The translations under genes and the position numbers were made by a program. From positions 32,001 through 96,000 of IMG/VR virus record IMGVR_UViG_3300045988_163275: DNA of 64,000 bases, one strand, 5' to 3'. Under the pieces are notes generated by a model. That model saw only the letters and a program-made list of their open reading frames with translations. It did no database searches and had not been told where the DNA came from. Origin of the DNA: a virus (lineage: Duplodnaviria > Heunggongvirae > Uroviricota > Caudoviricetes). Shown here one piece after another: positions 57,641 through 64,000 of the stretch (positions within the stretch are counted from its first letter, which is position 1; each line of letters opens with the position of its first letter).

Positions 57641-58051
57641 TCACGGATTAGTGAGAGCTTGAAATGCGGCGGCGTATGCAGCGATATCGGCCATAATTTT
57701 TGGATCTTTCGCAAACTGATGTGCGTTGTTAGGGAAGATTGCCAATAGGCTATACACATCTTGGAAATGTGCATGTTGACTGTAAACGAGTGCGCGGTCG
57801 CTTGTGCAATTGAATCTGTTGCGGCTGCTGGTTCGTTCTTGCTTCGTGAGCAAGAGATGAACGTGATAAACGCGGGAGGACACAATAGCACCCGGAGCCG
57901 TATACGGGCCATCTTTCCCGAATACGGTTGGGTACATGCCTTGTTTAAGCGACGTGAAATCGTTGAGTAACGTGATCTTTAAATCAGGCTTTATATCGAA
58001 GGTCGGCTGTAAAAATTGGGCGTAACTATCACTGTTCCATGTGACCTTCAT
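57641..58051 (-). CDS. YafO-like toxin candidate
   Basis: VFGKDGPY ... RVYHVHLL ... ALVYSQHA ... LLAIFPNNAHQFAKDPKIMADIAAYAAAFQ follows the YafO pattern as recalled; SD inside 3' end of upstream gene. Confidence 0.5.
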   Translation of the reverse strand: MKVTWNSDSYAQFLQPTFDIKPDLKITLLNDFTSLKQGMYPTVFGKDGPYTAPGAIVSSRVYHVHLLLTKQERTSSRNRFNCTSDRALVYSQHAHFQDVYSLLAIFPNNAHQFAKDPKIMADIAAYAAAFQALTNP

Positions 58052-58060
58052 CGATCAACC

Positions 58061-58669
58061 TCAATGGAATGAGAAGTTGGCGAAGACGTCCTCATCGATG
58101 AGGCCAGTCTGCGATTCGATGACGTCTACGTCGTTAAAACACTGATTTAAAATCAATAGCAGATCAGAGATAGCCAAACGATACTCAGTTACAGAATCGC
58201 TCAGGCGTTTCAAGTAGGGATGAGGTTGCTCAGAGTCACGAATCAACTTGTTAACGAATCCCTCCAAACCACGAATGGTCAGGTCAACGTTCTTCAATTC
58301 TTCGTAACGGCTTTCACCGAAGCTGGTGCGAATCTTTTCCGCTTTCCATCCAGAGATGGCATGAGCCAGGCGAACGTGTTTCGCCGTCAATTCTGCGAGC
58401 TTGCTTTCGATCTCCGCCAGCTGCGCCGCATCGCTGTTCTCTTGAACAGGTATACCTGCGGTTCTCACATAGGCTTGTTCTTTGAATCCAGCAAATTTCG
58501 CAGAGTGCTTCACCGTGCCACGGAAGCGTCGATAGCCAAGCGGCTCAATAAAGGCACGCCCAAATTTAGCTTTAGGCTTTGCAGTTGAAAAGCGCGAGGC
58601 GTTAGAGGTCACAGTAGCAAGGGCATTGCTAATGACACTCATATCTTCCAGGCAATTTTCTAAACGCAT
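58061..58669 (-). CDS. hypothetical protein (202 aa); possible antitoxin partner
   Basis: ATG with AAGAGG SD; ends 10 nt before toxin ATG. Confidence 0.45.
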   Translation of the reverse strand: MRLENCLEDMSVISNALATVTSNASRFSTAKPKAKFGRAFIEPLGYRRFRGTVKHSAKFAGFKEQAYVRTAGIPVQENSDAAQLAEIESKLAELTAKHVRLAHAISGWKAEKIRTSFGESRYEELKNVDLTIRGLEGFVNKLIRDSEQPHPYLKRLSDSVTEYRLAISDLLLILNQCFNDVDVIESQTGLIDEDVFANFSFH

Positions 58670-58764
58670 AAAACCTCTTAACTACTCAATGGCTCGTAAC
58701 TAAGTGTACGCTGTGTTGATGAAAGCGACAAATAATAAACGGCCCCAAAAGGAGCCGTATTGTA

Positions 58765-59010
58765 TTACAGAGTGCTCGCAAAAGCAGCAAATTCTGTATA
58801 GCCGCCGATAGGATCACCATTAACGAACACCTGCGGTATGGTTTCCACCGGTTTGCCAACCAGGTCGCTCAACTTCTCTTTGTCGATGCCGGCAGACACA
58901 ATATCGATGTATTCGTAATCGCCAAAGCCGTGGCCGTGCAGCTGCTTCGCCAGCTCGACCGCACGTTTGCAGTATGAGCAATTATCGCGTCCGTAGATAA
59001 CGACCTTCAT
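58765..59010 (-). CDS. glutaredoxin-like protein
   Basis: VVIYGRDNCSYCKRAVELAK with CxxC site and C-terminal VFVNGDPIGGYTEF; ATG overlaps PhoH-like stop. Confidence 0.8.
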   Translation of the reverse strand: MKVVIYGRDNCSYCKRAVELAKQLHGHGFGDYEYIDIVSAGIDKEKLSDLVGKPVETIPQVFVNGDPIGGYTEFAAFASTL

Positions 59011-59630
59011 CACTTCGCCTCGTGCAGCTGCTGCTTGAGAAGATAGCCTTCCAGCGGCCAGATTTTGGCAATCGCGTTCTGACGTGTAATTTTACGCCCG
59101 ATCTCCGGGTCAAAGTTCTCCGGGCTGGCGCACGCAGACTCGCCGGTTACGGTAAAGCCGTTCTTGGCCACCTCTGGCTTTAAGCAATATTCAAGGAATG
59201 AGCCACCCAAACGCTTCTGTAGCACGTCATAGACGGGCCGGAAGAACGGAGCGAACTTCTCGCTCATGTCGCCCGGAAGGAAGCCCAGATCTTCTTCTGC
59301 TTGCAATACCGGACGCGTCACGATGATCTTCCCGACTTCCTTATCCAGCAGACGCTGCGCTGCGACGGCAGCAGCCAGGTAGGTTTTGCCGCAGCCGGCT
59401 TCACCAGTGGCGAACGTCAGAGATTTGGTGTCGAGGGAGATAAGATAGTGGGCCTGGGCCTCGTTTCGCGCTTCGATGGGAGAGTTGTCGCGTTTAGGTT
59501 TTGGTGGCAGAGCAGGGGCGACAGCCAGCTCGTCAACGATGATTGTGTCAATTTCGTAGCCGTGGATGCGTGGCTTTGACTTCAGTGCCTGACGAGCTGC
59601 GCGACGCGCCTGTTTACGTTTGTTTCCCAT
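59010..59630 (-). CDS. PhoH-like P-loop ATPase lacking the usual C-terminal half
   Basis: FATGEAGCGKTYLAAAVAAQ ... IIVTRPVLQAEEDLGFLPGDMSEKFAPFFRPVYD; ATG 59628-59630 with AAAGGA SD. Confidence 0.65.
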   Translation of the reverse strand: MGNKRKQARRAARQALKSKPRIHGYEIDTIIVDELAVAPALPPKPKRDNSPIEARNEAQAHYLISLDTKSLTFATGEAGCGKTYLAAAVAAQRLLDKEVGKIIVTRPVLQAEEDLGFLPGDMSEKFAPFFRPVYDVLQKRLGGSFLEYCLKPEVAKNGFTVTGESACASPENFDPEIGRKITRQNAIAKIWPLEGYLLKQQLHEAK

Positions 59631-59676
59631 ATTGAGTCCTTTCAAGTGAGTAACTGAAAGAACTATACCGACAAAT

Positions 59677-59697
59677 AATAGGTAAGTCATTACCTAT
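59677..59697. promoter_or_regulatory. palindromic motif B copy
   Basis: AATAGGTAAGTCATTACCTAT 47 nt upstream of PhoH-like ATG. Confidence 0.5.
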
Positions 59698-59743
59698 TTT
59701 TCGTGCATTATCCCTCTACCATGTAGAGGGATATCGTCATGAC

Positions 59744-60532
59744 TCACGGCAGTTTTGCTCTAATTTCGAGTAATTTCTGTGCCGTTATGCTGATTTCATA
59801 CGCCAAATCTTGTGTTTGGTTAATGATTCCGTAATAGCGCTCAACCTGATCAGGATAAAAACGTCTGATATGGGGGATATCGATATAATCATAATACCCA
59901 AGCCCTCCAGCAGAATGTTCTCTGAACAGCGCCCAAAAGTTGTTCACTTTCCCGACCAACTCCATACGGATTGTTTCTAAAACAACATCATTGAAGCTGT
60001 AAAAGGGGTTATGGGCAATATTATCAAATGCGTAGAGAGGGTCGGTAATGTCGGTGCTAACTTTTGCCCGGAACTGTTCGCTCTTCAGAATTTGGAGGTA
60101 GTTGTAATTAAAAATATCAGTAATGGCTTTTAAAACACCGACATCTCTTTCTGAGTAATTGTTCTGACTCACCTGGTGCGTCATCTGAAGCAGAAGAGAT
60201 TGTTGAGTTTCGGCCAGCTGCTTCCAGTTTTTCAATTGCTCAACGGAATAGATAGTGTAGTCAGAGTCAATGAGTGCGCCATGTGAACGACACATCCATA
60301 TACCGTTATCAATCGAGCTTCGCTGTTCTGGGGTCAAGCTAGGATCATATCTCGGTCCACCCGGCGCTGCTGCTGTAATATGTGCCGCGATACCATTATT
60401 AATCCTGCCGTTTGTATCACTGCTATCTGGGCCGACTGTTACCTGGTTGCATCCAAGAAAAGAGCACTTCCAGCCTACGCGTTCGGCTAGTGTTCGCTTC
60501 ACCGATGGAGAAAAATCATCTCTGTTACTCAC
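59744..60532 (-). CDS. HNH nuclease-domain protein with C-terminal region of unknown function
   Basis: KCSFLGCNQ ... IAAHITAAAPGGPRY ... NGIWMCRSHGALID; probable GTG start with GAGGT SD. Confidence 0.55.
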   Translation of the reverse strand: MSNRDDFSPSVKRTLAERVGWKCSFLGCNQVTVGPDSSDTNGRINNGIAAHITAAAPGGPRYDPSLTPEQRSSIDNGIWMCRSHGALIDSDYTIYSVEQLKNWKQLAETQQSLLLQMTHQVSQNNYSERDVGVLKAITDIFNYNYLQILKSEQFRAKVSTDITDPLYAFDNIAHNPFYSFNDVVLETIRMELVGKVNNFWALFREHSAGGLGYYDYIDIPHIRRFYPDQVERYYGIINQTQDLAYEISITAQKLLEIRAKLP

Positions 60533-60571
60533 GTTTACCTCGCTGTGTTTAAACAATCTTATGGCTATTTG

Positions 60572-61126
60572 TTAGTGGCGTTTATCTTCTTCCAGACGAG
60601 CCGTTTTTAATTGTTTATCGGTAAAGGTAAGCAACGTTACGCCCTCTTTTTCGTTCAAAAGGCCTGCACCGTTAATCACCATTACTAACCGATCCTTCCC
60701 TCGATAGACTTCATAATACTTGCCCGCACCACAGGTCTTTGTCTCAATACAGTCCATACCAGATATAGCTTCTTGGTCGAAAATTCTGTCTTTCGTTGCT
60801 ACCGGTTTTCCGTACTCCTTTGTCAGCATTTCACCGATCTGCATGAACGTATACTTGCCGACATTTGTCGTTAAAGACGATTCAACCTTTCCATCAATGA
60901 GATTGCCATACGTATGCGGTTCCTGCTCCTTCGGTGCATTTTTATCTTGAAGTGCGAAGGCTTCAATATTGGGTGTTTGCTCTTGGAACTGGGCTTTATA
61001 GTTCTGTGCAAGATCGCTTTTATCTCTACCTATTAAGGTGATTTTGTCGATCTCCGACTCGTTACATCCCGTCAGAGCGAACGCGATCACCAGAGATGCG
61101 AGAATATTGAGGTTGCGCTTTTTCAT
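60572..61126 (-). CDS. lipoprotein (184 aa)
   Basis: MKKRNLNILASLVIAFALTGC lipobox; ATG 61124-61126 with GGAG SD. Confidence 0.55.
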   Translation of the reverse strand: MKKRNLNILASLVIAFALTGCNESEIDKITLIGRDKSDLAQNYKAQFQEQTPNIEAFALQDKNAPKEQEPHTYGNLIDGKVESSLTTNVGKYTFMQIGEMLTKEYGKPVATKDRIFDQEAISGMDCIETKTCGAGKYYEVYRGKDRLVMVINGAGLLNEKEGVTLLTFTDKQLKTARLEEDKRH

Positions 61127-61428
61127 TGGCTTATCTCCATGTTTTACTGCCACATCCTATCACCCACATGCAGGCAGTCTAATGCTGCCGTTGCTAAATG
61201 AAGGCCCAAAGGTGGTAAAACCATACGTGGAAATATTCTGGAGTCAACCCAGCAAAAAAGGGGCCGAAGCCCCTTTGATTTTTGCGCTAAAAAGTGTTGG
61301 TACAATGCTAAGAAGCAATGGTTAAGAACGTCTGCCGTGTCTATCACAGCGCTGAACGGTCTGGCGACATTTGCGGAGTCTTTCCGTTCGGACGGTGGTG
61401 GCGAACTCCAAACCGTTCAGCGCTATGT

Positions 61429-61503
61429 TGGCGATGGTGGGTGGACTCGAACCACCGACCAGTTGATTAACAGTCAACCGCTCTACCACTGAGCTACACC
61501 ATC
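61429..61503 (-). tRNA. tRNA-Asn (anticodon GTT), CCA encoded
   Basis: hand-folded cloverleaf: acceptor GATGGTG/CACCATC, anticodon stem GTTGA/TCAAC with loop CTGTTAA, T-arm GGTGGTTCGAGTCCACC; differs from E. coli tRNA-Asn. Confidence 0.85.
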
Positions 61504-62233
61504 ATTTTTCGCGGCGGTACTTGTTCATGGACAACCAGGCAACCAAGAACTTTCCCGCAACTTGCACTTTACGTTAGTGCCAGACGAGGCTTGTGGCTCG
61601 CTCACATAGAGCGAAGATCTGGAATCCTTCTCGGCTGTTGATGGCCGCCAGACTCTTCGATCTTATTGGATGTATGGAATCATCCATGTTGTGAAACCAG
61701 GGGCTACATAGGCAACAATGATTTCACCAGAGGGTTAAAGAATCCTGCTTTCACAACGTTGAGGCCACTGAACCGATTTATGTTCGACCCAACATATTGA
61801 TCAGTCACTACAGCTCTGTGGAATCACCTGTATGATTAAAAGAAAAACAGTGACCTCAACGTTGTGCGCTGGCTAACCAAGCCAGCCGGGTTACGTCGCC
61901 GCTTTTAACCCAAGATTAAACGACATAAGTAATGGAAATGACGTAACAGGATGGACGGTCAGCTGGCTGAAACCGGGATGATGGAATGGAATGAGGAAAC
62001 CAACCGCCCATCCTGTTACTTCATCGAATAGGGCATGGGTGGTGCAACATGCCCTATCCTGCGTTCTGCAATCACACTCGCTCAGTGTGTCCCATTTCGG
62101 TGACGAGGCTGGAAACTGACCTCGCTGGTGTTTGGCTTCTTAGGCTACTGCCAGGTATGCATCTTCGTTTGCAGTTATATTTAACGTTCAAACAGTCGCA
62201 TCTCAACGAAAACAAAGTGATCTTATACATATT

Positions 62234-62260
62234 AGATAAGTAAGTAAATACTTATCTATC
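62234..62260. promoter_or_regulatory. palindromic motif B copy
   Basis: TAGATAAGTAAGTAAATACTTATCTATC overlapping stop of 62252..62557. Confidence 0.5.
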
Positions 62261-62557
62261 TGTAATGCGTTTAGTTGCTATCTTTTTGATCAGGCTCCCC
62301 TTTTGTTCCGGAGTTCTCGTGATGATGGCGGTAAAACGCTTCGCTTGAATAGTGATAGTTTCGTTTTCCTTGAGTTCGCCGTAATGCGTCTCTAACAGGG
62401 ACCCCAGACGCCACAGACCGTCGTCTATGCGTTTATGGCTGGCGAATCTTATCAGCAGTAGCTTTACGATTAACTGACCAACGTAAAAGGCAAATCCGAA
62501 GCCGGCCGCAACAAGGTAGGTTGCCAGCCACCAGTCGAAGGAAGTCAAATTGCTCAT
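62252..62557 (-). CDS. hypothetical membrane protein (101 aa)
   Basis: N-terminal TM segment WWLATYLVAAGFGFAFYVGQLIV; ATG with GGGAG SD. Confidence 0.5.
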   Translation of the reverse strand: MSNLTSFDWWLATYLVAAGFGFAFYVGQLIVKLLLIRFASHKRIDDGLWRLGSLLETHYGELKENETITIQAKRFTAIITRTPEQKGSLIKKIATKRITDR

Positions 62558-62706
62558 TTTCGCACTCCCGTCTCGTGAACAACCCGATACACACGCTTAC
62601 CGACACGAAGTGTTTTGGTTTTCAGTTCCTGCTGGACCAGGGCGCGGCAGATTGCGAGGCCGAGACCCACGCCACCAGTGAATGATAAAATGATGTATGG
62701 AATCAT
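62554..62706 (-). CDS. hypothetical small membrane protein (50 aa)
   Basis: hand-translated MIPYIILSFTGGVGLGLAICRAL...; overlapping start/stop with neighbours; not in track. Confidence 0.3.
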   Translation of the reverse strand: MIPYIILSFTGGVGLGLAICRALVQQELKTKTLRVGKRVYRVVHETGVRK

Positions 62707-62918
62707 CAGTATGCCCCCGCCTCAGTCAATTGCTGCAACAACAAATAACCTTTTTCAGTCAGTTGATAGTTCTCAATACATCCCTTTGGAGAAACGTTGG
62801 CGACAAGATTCATGCGCTCCAGTTTGGCTCTGGTCTTCGGCTTCCAGTTGGCATAGAACTCCTTCCACTTGCTAATTTCACGCAGGGTTTCCTTCTCTCG
62901 TTTACTTAACATGATCAT
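62706..62918 (-). CDS. hypothetical protein (70 aa)
   Basis: ATG with AAGGAG SD. Confidence 0.45.
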   Translation of the reverse strand: MIMLSKREKETLREISKWKEFYANWKPKTRAKLERMNLVANVSPKGCIENYQLTEKGYLLLQQLTEAGAY

Positions 62919-63081
62919 CCTTAATCTCCTTCAGTGTGTCCGTGATATCTACTATGCGATAAATACGACCTCGCCTTTGCATGACACCGGCTTTTACGTA
63001 ATCGTGGATACAGCTGGACATAACCAGACTTCCGATAACAATGCCGACGACTAAAAATACAAACATCCAGCCGAGCATCAT
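62902..63081 (-). CDS. hypothetical small membrane protein (59 aa)
   Basis: hand-translated MMLGWMFVFLVVGIVIGSLVM...; GGAGATAAAGA SD; not in track. Confidence 0.35.
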   Translation of the reverse strand: MMLGWMFVFLVVGIVIGSLVMSSCIHDYVKAGVMQRRGRIYRIVDITDTLKEIKDDHVK

Positions 63082-64000
63082 TCTTTATCTCCAATACGAT
63101 CTTCGGTATCTCGAAGACATTTAGGCCACTTCAGACGTGGATGACGCAAGCTACCATCTGGCGTTTTCTCATGGCAGTGAACCTCAACGATGCGTCCACG
63201 ATACTTCTCCTGATTGTTCCAGATTTCATCCAGGTATTTATGCTTGATACCGCTGGCACGAACGATGACGCCGTTCTCCAGACGAATCACTATCTTGCCT
63301 AGCGTATGCGCAAATCCAGAATCCGGATCGCCAGGCTCGAAGTCGATGATTTCACCGTCTTCTGAATCCTCGTCTTTCAGCTTCCACCAGCTGCGGGTAC
63401 GTTTGAACTCGTAAACTGAATCCGGATCTTTGCCCATCTCTCCCTCTTCATTCTCGTCCAGTCGCTTCATGAAACGTTCGATGAAATCTTCGTGGCTATG
63501 GATGATGTAGAACGGATGAAGGTGGATATCTTGCGCATAATCTTCCACGCAAGTGTTGCGGAACAACGCCACCAGCATAGCCAGGCGCTCTTTCAGCTTC
63601 ATACCGGTCTTCAGGTACTCTTTGCTTTTTGCCTGAGCACGCCACTCCGGTAAGAAGAAATCGAAAATGTGGTAAACGGCACCAATGGCTTTCACGTTCT
63701 TCTTACGAAGCGCCGACACTGACTGGTTGAATGTACCTGCAGTGCCCTCTCCATCGAAGAAGATGTGATTGAAGCCGGAGAGTCTGCCCCGCTCCAGCAT
63801 GGCTGGTTTAAGGTGATCGAGTGACGTAATCGGATTGCCGGTGCGCGTCAGGAAATTGACCTCACCCTCGTCCACGATGACTTCGCAGATAACCCGGAGA
63901 CCATCGAGTTTGAGACTGCCGATCATTGGCCACTTGGCCTTTGGATTTGGTTTAAATGGGTATTTGTCGCCTTTCTCCTTGTACGGAGACGCCAGCTGTA
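63078..64000 (-). CDS. ATP-dependent DNA ligase, 5' end outside window
   Basis: KLDGLRV adenylation motif only 6 residues after first in-window ATG; frame stays open to position 64000; FDGEGT and SWWKLK motifs. Confidence 0.8.
   Translation of the reverse strand, partial: QLASPYKEKGDKYPFKPNPKAKWPMIGSLKLDGLRVICEVIVDEGEVNFLTRTGNPITSLDHLKPAMLERGRLSGFNHIFFDGEGTAGTFNQSVSALRKKNVKAIGAVYHIFDFFLPEWRAQAKSKEYLKTGMKLKERLAMLVALFRNTCVEDYAQDIHLHPFYIIHSHEDFIERFMKRLDENEEGEMGKDPDSVYEFKRTRSWWKLKDEDSEDGEIIDFEPGDPDSGFAHTLGKIVIRLENGVIVRASGIKHKYLDEIWNNQEKYRGRIVEVHCHEKTPDGSLRHPRLKWPKCLRDTEDRIGDKE

Noticed and set aside
1-64000. T5-like lytic phage as the identity of the region (thymidylate synthase, DHFR, SbcCD, flap endonuclease)
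   Set aside because: The polymerase is DnaE-type rather than family A, and the window contains a RepA-iteron plasmid replicon, an XRE regulator, a recombinase and dispersed operators, which fits a phage-plasmid better.

Overview
This window reads as one contiguous piece of a temperate phage-plasmid-like element: a lytic-phage DNA replication, recombination and nucleotide-metabolism gene set sits beside a plasmid-type iteron replicon. My placement of it in the SSU5/pHCM2-like group is inference from gene content only, with no database search.

Most genes are on the minus strand in tightly coupled operons, many with overlapping stop and start codons. Recognisable products include a DnaE-type polymerase, an intein-containing RecA, gp32-like SSB, flap endonuclease, SbcCD, RNase H, DnaQ-like exonuclease, RuvC-like resolvase, thymidylate synthase, DHFR, glutaredoxin, PhoH-like ATPase, Dam methylase and a 5'-truncated DNA ligase. 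There is also a RepA initiator flanked by about 24 iterons, an XRE-type regulator, a tyrosine recombinase with a LexA box, a YafO-like toxin, two HNH proteins, and one phage-type tRNA-Asn.

Two dispersed intergenic motif families recur: a 20-bp palindrome (18 copies) and a ~35-bp leader element (13 copies).

The most interesting feature is a ~9.7 kb AT-rich plus-strand island (about 32.3 to 42.0 kb) inserted just upstream of recA. It carries a complete Type III restriction-modification pair (Mod, Res) preceded by an SNF2-family helicase and a 228-aa coiled-coil partner, a four-gene arrangement that does not match canonical DISARM or BREX gene sets.

The six-frame track calls TTG and GTG as starts. 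Starts given below were re-derived by hand from the nearest ATG or GTG with a Shine-Dalgarno sequence wherever that is stated; the rest are the track's coordinates. All coordinates are approximate to a few bases for non-coding features, and nothing here was checked against a database.
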